The notes below the pieces were generated by a model, which was not told the DNA's origin, ran no database searches, and saw only the letters and a list, made by a program, of their open reading frames with translations. Positions 33,211 through 45,905 of a DNA stretch of 64,000 nt are shown in pieces; the first letter of the stretch is position 1; every line of letters begins with the position of its first letter. The position numbers and the translations under genes were made by a program. The DNA lies in assembly GCA_946965045.2 (NCBI GenBank), contig OX337241.1, forward strand, positions 2,170,001 through 2,234,000, in the 5' to 3' direction. Origin of the DNA: Epithemia pelagica (Eukaryota > Protista > Bacillariophyta).

Positions 33211-33886
33211 CTTGATTTATTTCTTTTTTTGTTGTCTTGGTTTTGATTTTTATGAGCCTCATACCATTGTATCCAATCTTTTTCGTTGGAAGATGACAAG
33301 CATGATGTAAGAACTATAGAAACTAGTTGGGGAATGATCCTGTTGCTTCCCAACTTGTTTGTGGGAATCAAGTCCATGTTTTGGATTGTTCTCGTATGAT
33401 CGTTTGGCTGTGAATGTGAACATGATTTTCTTGTCGGCACCCACGAGGGCGACAAGGAGGAAGGACGCTTGTTTGTCTCTGCCAAGAAGCACCGCGATGC
33501 CTTGACGATATAGTGTCGAAGGATCCCGAATGTTCCTACTCGTGACGTAGATGCTGTCTTTGCTCTTTGTCGTCTAGGTTGAGGCACATTAGACAGACAA
33601 TGATTTTGTTCCAGTCGAATCCTCCACAATCCACAACACAACAAACCACACCACAACAACAAGAGAGAAAGGTGTTGGAACAATCAGGAAGCATCGCACA
33701 AAATGAGAGGAGAGCGAAAACGTGGCAGATCGTAATTGAGTGTCCCCCAAAAGGCCGGCAGAGCGTGCGTTCCGGCGTGCCGCCATTTGGACTATGAATC
33801 AAAGTGTACAATCATGTCCCGTCACGGCGCGGAGAGACTATACGGACGGTCTACGAAAAAATCTGAAAAGGACAACCTCTAGCGAC

Positions 33887-34189
33887 TAGGGCTATCAAAC
33901 TTAGGTACTCAGATTTTTAGCGTAGTTTCTAAAGAAGTTTAGGTGAAACTTAGGTTTTGAAGTTTAGGTAGTTTAGGTAGCTCTGAAAAATGGCTCCTTC
34001 CCTCAACTACACGGAAGATCACTGGACGTTGACACCAACATTCACAGACAGGCATTCAATTTATAGGCTAAATATTTAAAGGACCACCCGAAACTTCGGT
34101 AGGGCAAAAGCAGCAACATGAAACTTTGGATAAACTTAGGTACCGAAGTTTAGGACAAGAAACTTCGACGATGAAACTTGATACCTATA
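33887..34189. mobile_element. hAT-like MITE (303 bp)
   Basis: 8-bp direct repeat CTAGCGAC on both sides (33879-33886, 34190-34197); imperfect TIR TAGGGCTATCAAACTT / TATAGGTATCAAGTTT; multiple subterminal AAACTTAGGT/AAGTTTAGG motifs. Confidence 0.75.
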
Positions 34190-35167
34190 CTAGCGACAAC
34201 GACAGTCCGAAAACACTTGAAATGGTTCATCATCAGCATGGATTCGAAGACTCTCATCGTTCCTATTGACGGTGTCGAGCAGAAAGAGACAATCGGAAAT
34301 GAAGTAGGATACAACAATCTACTCGATTGCTACAGTGTTGTTTGCCTCAGGGATACTAAAAAATACGAATATCCGTGACTTTTATTCCCTCGTTCATGGC
34401 CACACGTACACACTGGGTCCTCCACACAGTCAGTCAACAGCATCCTGCATTCATTCAGCAGCAGTAGGTAAGGACGGTTGGAACTTTGCCTTTCTTTGGT
34501 TCCTTCGTTGTGTTTTTGATTGTGTATCTGTATTCGATTTTGAGTACAGCAACTGTCTGGCAGTACATATTGGTGGAGATTGAGCTAACGAACGACACGA
34601 ACACAGAACACAAAGAAATTGACAGAAAAGTCACTCGTCCACATCTTGCTGATTCTTATCTGAATGCTGATACAGGAATCCTCACAATCATGACAGACGT
34701 GAATGATCGATGGCACTTCTTCTGGCTCGGCAAGATGTTGTTACGATAGGAAGCCACCAAATCAGAAACTATGCATCTGATACGACATTCGCTCGATAAA
34801 CCTGACAGCAATGTGTCTACCCCAAGTTTTTTCTTGAATCGAGCATGTTGAAATGATCTGTTCTCAAGGCTTGATAGTATTGCGGACGTGAGCTCATTTG
34901 ATGAACAGGATGGCAAGGACAGAGACTCGGAACGGCAAAATGATGCTTCTTGGTTTTGGTCGATGGCCTTGTCCAGAACCATGACTTAAAGAGTTTGCGA
35001 TCTCGGAGACCCTTGCCGCCCATCCGGCGAGGATCTTCCATGTCCATCCTGCACGACAAGGTTAGCCTGCCCCTACCAACCAGACTTGTGAAGAATAGTT
35101 CAAAAGGTCATCGAACCCGAACTCCCGTAGCCTTTTTCTGCCGCACGGCGTGCTTCGACGAGGTTCC

Positions 35168-35585
35168 TCATGGACTACGGAGTACGGGGGGCAGACGGCT
35201 GAGAAAGGTCGTACTCGCCGACTCGGGGAGGCAGTAGACCAGTTCCATGGTCCCCGCGTACGTTCCGCCCGGCTGGGTCACGGCCTAATCCGCGTGCACG
35301 ACAAAATGGCCTTGCTCATCGACGGAAAACTGTACGCCTCTGGTGGCAGTGTCAAAGGCCAAATTTACTTGCCGTTCCGTCCTTCCACGTTTGTCCCAAA
35401 TGTAGCCAATGATGCGTTGATTGGAAATGGCAAGCGACCCCTTGGTCAGCAGGAACAAGTAGTTGGCACGCTTGTGTGGGGTGCGTAGGTTGCGAAAGGT
35501 CAGGCGGACCCGCACTTGTTCTTCGATTGTCACGTGCGTGTCTTGGGCGAGGAGCTGGTGCCAGTGTGGAGGGAGCGCAGCCCAT
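35168..35585 (-). pseudogene. Small protein gene (MGCAPS...) with an 11-bp frameshifting deletion and an in-frame TAG; its intact 5' part survives at 26779-26881 (+)
   Basis: The composite of the two copies reads MGCAPSTLPPEGHQLLAQDTHVTIEEQVRVRLTFRNLRTP...GSLAISNQRIIGY...HAD*AVTQPGGTYAGTMELVYC. Confidence 0.55.
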
Positions 35586-38187
35586 GGTGGTTGTGGACTG
35601 TGATGTGATGTGTGGTTGTCAATTATGAAGCGTTCGGCACCTCATGTCTCATGTGGTGTTGGTTGCGTCGTGGCCATGGTGTCGTTGTGTCATAAAAGTC
35701 CGACGGCACGACTCCTCGATCCCGAAACTACCTTCCACCAGCTATATCCATTTCAAGTTTCCCTGTAGTCGTTGCCATGCAATACTTCTATTTGTTGGAT
35801 TCCAAGTCAGGCCTGGAAGTCAGGCTTGGGGACTGGAAAAAATAATGACAAGTAGTAGGGAGACTAGGATTACAGCAAAGGATGTAGTCTCTGGTTGGTC
35901 CTACTATTCCATGTCTTCTGGACGCCCGAGACTCAATAGGACGTACGCTAGGACCCCAAACTCATTTTTTTCTCTTGGAGCCACTCATTGTTCCATTTTG
36001 GAAACCCCTTACCGAGTCAGCAGTCTTCTCACCCAAGAATTTCGTTTTTTGGCTTGTGCTTTGTACTGGATACCAGTTGTTGCTTCTTGACTTGTTGTTT
36101 TTCGTAGTTCAATGACCACCAAAGACTGTCTTGGAGCTTTTTGGATGATACGCTCTTCGAGTCTTTTGCTTTTGAGAGAAAGTCAAGATTCTCCTCCATC
36201 CTTTTGAGTTCATTGTCGTCCCTTGCAATTGTCTACATGAGACACTCAACCGCAACCGATGAGTTCAAATCCTCCTTCTCCAGGAATTTCGTTTGGATTC
36301 TTCCTCGATTCGAGGTGTCCTTGATTATTTGGTTTATTCGAGATACGAGTTCTTTCGTGAAAACTTGTTCGTACTCAGGCGAACACCAAAGACAGTCGTT
36401 TCCACCAACTCCGCAGAGTTCCTTTCGAAATTGCTCCACAACTGTAAAGCTATTCCGGAAGGAACTCGGCGCAATTGGTGAAAACGAGAGTCTTTGGTAT
36501 TCGCCGGAGTACAACGAAAACTCGTACAAGATCTTGTATCTAGAATAGAGGAAGAATCAAAACAAAACTCCTGGAGAAGAAGGATGTTAATTCGGTTGAG
36601 GTGGACATAAAGTGGAACAGTTTCAAATCGCTCACCTTTCGTGTTCGTTCACATAATGGGTCATCTCCCTTCTTCTTGCGTTGCTTTGCACTCTCTGAAT
36701 CTTACTCTGGTGTGTGGTGTGATTATTATTTGTTTCAGTTAAACCATCCTCGGAAGACTATCACCGCCTAGTGGTGGAGAGTGAACAATACCAATCGCAG
36801 CGCTTCCGTTTGCGAAAACAAGCCTTGATAATTGATCAAGGTAATTTCGGGTACCGGAGCATGTGGTACTACCTAGACCCCTGGCGAACGCTCACTACCA
36901 ATCTCTCGTTGTTTGTCATATAGATAATTGCAAGGATGACGAAGAACGAAAAAAAGCATCCAGGAGGAAATCGACTTTCTCAAAAGGGAAAGACTAGAAG
37001 AGCTTGCCATCCGAGGATCACGTCTCACTGTGCTCCTTTGCAAGGATGACGAATAACGAAAAAAGCATCCAGGAGAATCGACTTTCTCAAAAGGGAAAGA
37101 CTAGAAGTGTTTGCCATCCGAGGATTTTGCGTTCTTTTTCTTCCTTGCACTTTTCTACATGTCAAAAAAAAGATAGAAAGTGAGTGTTTGCCAAGAGTCA
37201 TACAATAGTACCGCATGCACCAGCACCCGACATTACCTTTTTCAATTCTCAAAGCTTCCTGTCGCAACCGGAAGCACTGCAATTGGTCTTTTTCAATCAG
37301 CTCCACGAGGCTATGATAGGCTTTAGATGATGGATTAACTGAAACAAATAATCATCCCCCACGCCAAAGTAAGAATCAGACGTTGCAAAGTACAACATGA
37401 GAAGAAAGATGATCCGTAGTCTTAACGTACACCATGTCTGAGCTGTTTGACGCTGCGACTTTCGATCTTCGACCCGCAACCTCTCCTCCCGTTCGACCCG
37501 ATCCTCCTCCCGTCCATCCATCCGCTTGGCCATGACTCCTCCACCAACGGTTGCAGCAGAGGTTGCAAAGGCTGAGACAACTGTTCCGACGTTCGCCGCT
37601 TTTTCCCATGCGTCCCCATCTTAAGAAGAGTCCGTCGACGCAGTTTGAACACTGGTGAGGACCAATGGCCGAAATTGGGGTCTCGCGAAGCCAACCAAGT
37701 GGCAGCTCCTTCCGCCAGTGACGAAGGAGCTGCCACTTGGTTGGCTGCGCGAAGCCCCAATTTCGGCGTAGCTATGGTACAGATTCACGGCTGTACCGTT
37801 CGTACTCCTCGCCCTCGTCACCATAGGTGGTAGCGAATGGAGGAGGAGGAGGAGGAGATGAAGAGACATGCGGTGGTCCTGACAAGACCAGACCACAAGA
37901 GAAAGAAAATGCAACGAGGAGGACTGCAGTTGCAAAGTTCTTTGTCATATCGTCGAATGTGCTCGAAGTATAAGAAAAATGAACGCGGGAGTCACATGTC
38001 AGATGCCAACTCGACCATGTTTCCGACGTTGTCGTAAGAGGTTCGTTCTTCTTCTGTGCTTTACAATCGCTATTGTCCGTGTTATTGGAACTTTGGAGGC
38101 GCGGCAATAGACCCGAAATCCAAAAGCAGTTCTTGTATTCTTAATTCTTACCACGTGTTTTGTTGCTGCCTCATCACATTCTTTGGG
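35494..38187. repeat. Right arm of the large inverted repeat, with an internal segment (about 36443-37105) in direct orientation
   Basis: 35494-36442 and 37106-38187 are reverse complements of the left arm, while 36443-37105 matches 25310-25875 on the same strand. Confidence 0.85.
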
Positions 38188-38686
38188 CGACACTCGCCAC
38201 ACAGACAATGACAGTCGGGGTTGGCAGCTTTTTGCAGTCGTTTTCTCCTTGTCCCGTAGAGAATTTGGCGACGGCGAGCGGCCTTTGGTGGTCGTCGGTG
38301 GTTCGAAAGCCGTTCCGTGTTCCGTTGTCCATCGCCCACCCCCCCGGCGGACAAGAGTGTGCACCGGCGGACCGGCAAATTCCATTTCATTCACGAGTAC
38401 TTATGGCAGTGGACTGACGGACGGACTGGAAGTAGCGTTTGGATTTATGGCGGGCCTCCGTTGAACGGATTCCCGTTGTAGTGTCTGGCGCGGAAGAACG
38501 GAAGCAGAAGCGGGACCGTTGCTGTTGTCTATGATTGGGGAATCCTTCCTATTTATGCTGTGCACATTCAAAACTGTTTGGGCCTATCCGGTCATACCAT
38601 AATATCACAAAGAGTCCACCCAAAAGGTGCTTCCGCTCGCCTTCTGGTTCAAACGATTGAAGACAGCCAAATTTTGCGAGGCGCAA

Positions 38687-40277
38687 ACGAAAATCATGTA
38701 TTTGTATATGTTTTGTTGTATGTGTCTGACTGAAGCTGTCTTTTGCGCGACCCCAACGAGAAAGGAAGCGGATTCTCGAAGCGATACACGCACACATAAT
38801 CATTGAATAACAAGACAGACACAACAGAGGAGGTGGTGAAACAACCTGGAGTAGTGGTGTAATAGCGCTTCCCCATTGACAGTTCCCAACAAGCTTCTCC
38901 ATCCAGAATACCCGAACCACACATCAGCACCCGTTCATGGTGACCCCCTGATTGTCGTAATCACGCTTCCAAACCACACAAGGTCGTTGGCATTTCATAA
39001 TTCATAAAACTTGGGCAAAACTCTCATCCTCCATCACCCACCATGCACAAGCAAGTCATTCTACTCTTGACCGGTCGACGCATGTCCCGACAAAGTCGAG
39101 CCTTGCTAGAATCGTCCACGGTTCTGGACAATGATTCTCCTCAGGACGACGCTCATCAGAACGAGGACGAACGGGTATGTGCTGTCCCGAGTGATTCGGC
39201 GTCCACAACCGCCAGTCATTCTTCTTCCTTGCTGTCATCGTCGGCGGAGGAATGGTTGCTGGCAGGTGAGGAGGAGGAGAACGAACCAGTGGTTCCATCC
39301 TTGTCGTCGTCCTCCTCTTTGTCGTCGTCCTCCTTGCTCAAGATTAAAACCAGTCAAGAATCTCTCTTGCAGTCCTATCACAGCTCCAGTAGCAACAGCA
39401 ATACTCCCAACGAGGAAACCGCCATACCGTGCGACAACAAACCACTCAAACAAGTTCGCTTTTCCAACGTCACCGTTCATTACCATGCTGTGGATATCGT
39501 GCACCCATCGTCACTAGTACCAGCCCGTGATGAGACTCCTCCTCTCACGCTGCCACTGCCCGCAAGGTCTTGGCTGTGCATGGGATGGAAGCGATTGGAC
39601 TCGCAGTATTTTGATCATGTCGACCTGTACGAATTGAAACGGGGACCCGTCGCCACCCGACGAGTCAAAAAGCAACGTCCCAGTAGGACGCGAGAGGGAA
39701 CAACGGGAATGGCTATCGTCGCAGCAGCACCAACAACAACAACAGAGTGTCACGGGACTCCCGAACCACCACCCTCTGTTCCCATTCAGGCCGCAGCATG
39801 ATTCAGATGCTCCAAGATTCTCTATATGTTGTCGTCGTGGTGTACTTTGGTTCCTTGTTGTGATTGTTATTGGTGGTTTCCAGTGTTTGGAAAAACTTGT
39901 GATGATACTCTCTATACTTTCGCACCCTTCCGATCTGTCTATCCTTGGATCCATACAGGCCAGAGCCAAACTGTCCTGCTCAAAGACCCTGTCGTTCTTT
40001 TCTTGGAATATACTTCCTCTTGGATGAACCTTTGTTGTGTTTTCCCAATACGAATCGTATGCTATTGCAGTCCCGTGTTCCGGGGATTTGTATCTACTAT
40101 TGTATCAGTAAAACAACACTAGTGTGTCACAATTCACAATGTCTGTCCCGCAAATTGGTCTACTCCTAGAATGTATGGTTAAGGAATGGGCCAACAATTT
40201 GTGGACTTGCAACACGGTACCATGAGGCAACTCGAGTTCATGTGCTTCATTGTACGAGTTGCGATGCAAGAGTCTCC
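38687..40277. repeat. Copy 1 of a tandem segmental duplication (partner 42299-43088)
   Basis: Shared from ACGAAAATCATGTA to GCAAGAGTCTCC; copy 2 lacks about 0.8 kb corresponding to most of ORF 39043-39801. Confidence 0.88.
39043..39801 (+). CDS. Ser-rich protein with a KQVRF..V.VHYH...GW motif (RVxF/CSRNP-N-like family), paralog 1
   Basis: KQVRFSNVTVHYHAVDIVHP...CMGWKRLDSQYFDHVDLYELKR matches the motif block in 52202-52885 and 56091-56765. Confidence 0.65.
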   Translation: MHKQVILLLTGRRMSRQSRALLESSTVLDNDSPQDDAHQNEDERVCAVPSDSASTTASHSSSLLSSSAEEWLLAGEEEENEPVVPSLSSSSSLSSSSLLKIKTSQESLLQSYHSSSSNSNTPNEETAIPCDNKPLKQVRFSNVTVHYHAVDIVHPSSLVPARDETPPLTLPLPARSWLCMGWKRLDSQYFDHVDLYELKRGPVATRRVKKQRPSRTREGTTGMAIVAAAPTTTTECHGTPEPPPSVPIQAAA

Positions 40278-40426
40278 GATGTCCACTTGATTGCCTCCAT
40301 GATGGAGTCGTCATCTTCCAACTTAAAGGGGAAGGTGCAGGTATGTGATGAGCTCATGGTCTTTTCTTTTGTTGATTCAAAGCAAGGGAGAAGCTCTGAT
40401 CAGAATGCAGTAGCTTGCTAAAGAAA

Positions 40427-40495
40427 GTGCAGGTCTGCGCACGTTCGAGGTGAAGGTCTGCGCATGTCTGAGGCGCAGGTCTGCGCACGTCTCGC
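40427..40495 (+). repeat. 3 x 23-bp tandem repeat upstream of the HNH-like ORF
   Basis: GTGCAGGTCTGCGCACGTTCGAG / GTGAAGGTCTGCGCATGTCTGAG / GCGCAGGTCTGCGCACGTCTCGC. Confidence 0.85.
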
Positions 40496-40636
40496 ATTAG
40501 AGCATGTTTCACATGTTCCATCAGGCTCTACAGGATACCGAGTGGAATTCAACATTCAAATGTGACACCGTACAGTGCGGCCATTGCGCTACAACTTGTA
40601 GATGGTACGTTCACCTTCAAGCTATTCATCAACAAA

Positions 40637-42150
40637 ATGGGGAATAGTGAATCGAAACAACTCAAGTTGAACCCAGTGAAGAGGAGCGATGCGAATGATG
40701 GCGTGTTGTTTGCAAACATTTCAGACGCCTGGCAGTCCGAATTCGTGTCTTTCGACGGCGCCTTTGAGGAACTTGCCAAGTATCGTAGAGGGAAAGCACC
40801 CGATGATATTCGGAAACTGGCGGAGGTTTGTTGTGAAGCCTGGGACAAGCACCAAGATACCATAGAAGCAGATATCTTTGTGGCGAATTTCATGAAGACT
40901 GTCGAAGAATCCTGGCTTAATCTCACCAGCTCACGCAGCGGTCGTAGCGGACACAGCAGCCGTAGCGGACACAGCCAAAAACAAGGACCCCAGGGACGCA
41001 AGACGGAACAGCTCAATAAAGATGAGCGGTGCGCTGCTCAGAACGTCGTCAATATGTTTGGAGAAAAAGGGAAGCACACCGAAACCCGAGCGCACCAAGT
41101 GCCATCTAGTTCCGCATGCCATGTGTTCTGGGGGTTCGTGTGCGAGGTTGCAGGCGGAGTGAACCTGTCTGGATTTGACGAGCAGAAAAAGAAGTTTGTT
41201 CGCACCGAAATGGCGAGATGGCTAAGCAAATTCAAGTTGAATCTATTTGCCTTTGCGAATTGGCACAATGAATTTTACGACCTGCTGTGGGATGGTGAGC
41301 GCAGTCAGTGCGTCATGATCATACCATTGCTCAGTCTGGAGGAGATTGGAGAATGGAAGCAGGGTGATGGCTACCAAGCCTTGATTTGCTGCAGCACATC
41401 AGATTCCCAAGCGAACTTGGGCAAGTGGAGAAAGCAGTTTAAACTTGATCATCTATTCTGGGAACGTACTGGTGATATCGAACAGGCCACTACTGTCTTG
41501 AATGCCCATGTCAAAGCGCTGGCAGATTCGTTGATCAAAGACTGGGACACCTACTTTGAGAAAGTGGAAAGTAATCATCCTGAATTTCTAGACAAGAAGC
41601 AAAAAATGGAGTCCGCCAGAGACTTGCTAGTGGGACAACGCTTAACGGTCGAAGTGTCAAAGCTTAAACCTGCCAGGAATGGGATTGGGCTTTGGCAGCG
41701 CAAGAAATTCTTCAAGATTGACATGGGCAAACTCTACAGTGGAGACGACATGAAGAAGCTGATTCCCGACCCAAGCTTACTTAGTTTCAAGGCAGCTGTG
41801 AACTGGTCCGGTCGCACCGAAGAAAGTAAAGACAAGAATTGCTCACCTGTTGCTCGCCTCCGGACGACGAGTCTGCCCAGACATATTTGTCGGGAGTCCC
41901 ATCGAACTACTCATTTGGAGAGGCAGTGATACGACACAAAATCAGCCAGTATGGTATCGAACACATCATCAATGAACGAAACAAATTTTTTGATGCAGAA
42001 TTGCTTGATAAAGAGTTCCACCTCACTACAGGAGGGAGCGGAGAAGAAAATTCATCAGTTCTTTCCGACGTTTCTTGGGGTGGTCCTGAAATCACGGAAG
42101 ACAGCTCTGGCGGCTTACCATTAGTGTCTGACGACTCGTCAAACGAATAG
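40637..42150 (+). CDS. Hypothetical protein, possibly HNH-like/Crinkler-type C-terminal domain; frameshift near 41830
   Basis: MGNSES start; AHQVPSSSACH..W, ANWHNEFYD and IPDPSLLSFKAAVNWS motifs; the ELLTCCSPP continuation lies in another frame (41839-42150). Confidence 0.45.
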
Positions 42151-42298
42151 AGACGAGAGGGTTTCGTAGGGCATGGGAATTGAGCTGCCGCGGACGATGG
42201 GGACTGGAGCTATTGTGGACCATGGCACCAGGAAGAATGGAGTGGCCGTCCTCCTCCATGCGATTTTACATATTGCCGCACTTCACTCGGAAGGCCTT

Positions 42299-43088
42299 AC
42301 GAAAATCATGTATTTGAATGTTGTATGTGTATGAAGGTGTTGTCTTTTGCGCAACCCAAACGACAAAGGAAGCAGATTCCCGAAGCGATACAAACAAATA
42401 TATTCATTGAATAACAAGACACACACAACAGAGGAGGCGGTGAAACAACCTGGATTAGTGGTGCAATCAAGTCAACGATTCTTCCTCATTGACATTTCCC
42501 AACAAGCTTCTTCATCCATAATACCCGAACCACACATCAGCACCCGTTCATGGTAACCCCCTGATTGTCGTAATCACACATCCAAACCACACAAGGTCGT
42601 TGGCGTTTCATAATTCATAAAACTTGGGCAAAACTCTCATCCTCCTTCACCACAAACATGCACAAACAAGTCATTTTGCTCTTGACCGGTCGACGCATGT
42701 TGTTTCCAGTGATTGGAGAGACTGTGCTACTCCCTATACTGTCGCACCCTTTTGACTGCTTTGTCCTTGGATCCATACAGGCCAGTCCTGTCCCAAGGGC
42801 CCTGTCATTCTTTCTTTCGAATATGCTTCCTCTTGGATGAATCTCGGTTGTGGTTTCCCAATACGAATCTTATACCATTGTAGTCCCGTTCCTGGGATTT
42901 GTATCTACTATTGTAACAGTAAAACAACACTAGTGTGTCACAATTCGCAGTGTCTGTCCCGTAAATTGGTCTACTCCTAGAATGTATGGTTTAGGAATGG
43001 GCCAACAATTTGTGGACTTGCAACACGGTACCATGATGCAACTCGAGTTCATGTGCTTCACTGTACGTGTTGCGATGCAAGAGTCTCC
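42299..43088. repeat. Copy 2 of the tandem duplication; includes a 42-bp relic 5' end of the RVxF-family gene
   Basis: ATGCACAAACAAGTCATTTTGCTCTTGACCGGTCGACGCATG is joined directly to sequence that lies downstream of the ORF in copy 1. Confidence 0.88.
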
Positions 43089-45905
43089 AACGGCTGCGAC
43101 TAGCCAAGTAGGGTGGTGGTTGTTCTTGAAGGGAGGATGTGGCATCCGCCGTCCCAACAACATTCAAAGGATCGAGAAGAAACTCTTGCATGGCCTGGTC
43201 TACTGCGTCTTGAAGCCAATCCGCCAAGGGACGGTGGTCCTCCGTTCCATCCTCTTTTGCTCCTTGGTGGATCCTATTTCTTCTTCTTCTTTTTTGTGTG
43301 CGAAGGGCCGTTTGGATACGGCGTGGCCGCAACGACGTGCTTCCTTGTGCATCCCGTTTCGGCAAACGACGATCCCCCGTGTCACCACCATCACCACCAC
43401 CACCATTGCTTACACTACTACTACTAGGACTGCTCGTGCTCGGTGCAGCCGTGGTGGGGGATACGGTTGGCGCCGCAAAGGGTTGGGCTCCCGGAATCAA
43501 TCCATACAATTCAAACAAGAATTGAAAATTGGACGAATCGGGTTGTCGATTGTTTTCTTCCCTGTTGGTGTAGTCCATGCAATTTCCCAAATCGGGATTG
43601 TCAAAAGATTCGTCCGTGTGAGACACGCCCCTGTCATGTAGGGAATGAATGTGACCGCGAACAACCAGGAATCATCATGAGCAAACCCGCATACCAAAAT
43701 AGATTCCAGAAACTGTCGACTCTCGAAAACACTACGTACCACGCATGTCCAAGTTCGTGGCACATGACATATTGCATTTCATCGTCGTCTGTGCTGGGAT
43801 CTCCCGTGTAAAACTCATTCATTCGCGCCACCGAAGAGGTGATAAACCCATTGGTAATGACGAGGTTGTTGAGACCTCTCCATCCCGTTTCTCCATAGTC
43901 CCCATTGCACACCTTGACCTTTCCATCGAGTGCCGAACAGTTGGTTTCATGTGGCATCACCGAGGTTGTCAACGTTAACGAATCTGGATATCCAGAGTCC
44001 CAATCCATGACTGTAAGGACGGCGACGACGCGGAAAAAGACGAGGTGAGTTTCCCTGAACACCTACGACATGTACCATACACAAAACCAATGCGAACGTA
44101 CCGGCTTGATCAAAATACGGGTGCCACTTGGGTTCCAGAGCATTGACGACTTCCAATACCAGACCACTGCTTCCATCCGTCTCCCAGGGATCGACGTCGT
44201 CTGGACCAAGTGTATTGAACGGATCGGTCTCGGCGATTTGCTCCGAGGTGATTTCTTCCTTCTTGAATGCATCCAAGATCTTATCGTCGGGGATATCTTC
44301 TCCCAAAATGGCAAACCAATACAAGCAACCAAGAATGATTCCACCCAGAATGCTTGTGAGAATGATTCGACGAATCCGAACACGCCAATGATTCTTCTTG
44401 TCCAGTTCTCGGATTTGACGAATGCTTTCACGTGTATTGGCCAAGACACGGGCACTGTAACGCTTCATGTCTCTCAGACTTGCCCTTCGTAGACTGTTGC
44501 CGACCACTCGGTAAAAGCTTCCTCGACGACGATTCCACTGCGGTGGCGGCTCCTGAGGACTTGGACGGGCAGCTGCCCTGTCAACTTCTTGGGGCATGGA
44601 ATGCGGTTCGGCAGTCGAGTGCGATGTTTCCATTTCGGTCGTATCCAAGTCGAATCGGACCGTGCTTTGCTTCCAAACTTTGAGGTTGCCTTCTGTTCCC
44701 TCTTCCTTGAATGTAGGAACCGGAGCACCGGCCAATCGGTGGGCTTTTTCATCCCCTTGAGCATTCTCCTCCTCAGTAGTACTAGTGTCTCCAACGGGTG
44801 TTTCTGGAGAAGTCTCCGACACCTCATTTTGGCCCAGCGTTTCTGTTTGGGGATTGCTCGAAATGTCTGCTCCATCCTCGTTTCCATCTTTCTCACTGCG
44901 TACCCGCGGGCTGTTTTCAGTTTCCTCTGTATTGTCTGGTTCGACCAGAGGTGATTCAGATTCGGTCATTGCAGTATCCATAGTGGCTGGATCTTGCGTG
45001 GACAATACAGTCTCGTTGTTGGCATTTTCAGAGAATGATGAACCTTTTGGAGACGCCACAACTGGGGGTGCACTACGATCGCCGTCCTTGGTTTCGTGAA
45101 TTCCTTCCGCATCGAGTGCACTCGGTACAGTTTCCACTTTGGAAACCGCGTGTTCCAAATCATTTGTGGAAGATTCCGGTTGAACCGATAGAGTGCTCTC
45201 CGCAACATGTGTCTTAGATACCGTTGTAGTTGCAATGACGGCTGGGGATGCATCGTCCGCAATCTCGGAGGATGATGCACTGTGCTCAAGTACTGGGGCT
45301 GCACCAAAGGTGGTTTGGTTGTCTTGCGCTTCTGCGGCATTGCTTTCATTCTCATGGGTTGCTGTGTCTACTGCCTTTGTGGATTCTAAAGGTGGTTGTG
45401 AACCACCATTTGTAGAGGATTTCGATGGATTTACAGCGACACTCTCGTCCAGATCGTTCACAGTCTCTGTTCCAGCTGTTGGTTCTTGTTCAGTGTGGAT
45501 TGAAAGTGTTCCGTCAGCTTGAGTGGGAACAGGTACTGTGGCATCCACTGCCGATTCAGATTCGAAACCTTTCTTGTTCTCATCCCCCACCTTTTCGTTG
45601 GTACCAACGTTTGTCGAGCTTGCCTTCTCCGATGGATCGTCGGACATGGGCGATATCTCATGGATCGCTGGCGATTCGGGCTCCACAGTCTGTGGCTCGA
45701 CATCTACTGGAAGATCATGATTGTGACTGAGTTTCTCGTTCGTATCCTCTTGTTCCAGTACTTGGTCGTCTTTGCGAATTTCAGACTCCTCGGACAAGGT
45801 GTTTGTTGCTTCATTTTTGGCATCGGTACCAAGGCGTTCTGGACGTGCGTCCGAGTCTTGGTGGACGGCATAACCGTCTTGAGATTCGGCTGAATGATTC
45901 TCCAT
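42991..45905 (-). CDS. Membrane-anchored metzincin-type zinc peptidase with a long acidic N-terminus; exons 45905-44102, 44010-43740, 43630-42991
   Basis: GT-AG introns 44101-44011 and 43739-43631 give FDQA|VMDWD and CHELGHAW|GVSHTDE, i.e. HExxHxxGxxH. Downstream LGNCMDY (Met-turn-like); single TM IILTSILGGIILGCLYWFAI. Confidence 0.85.
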
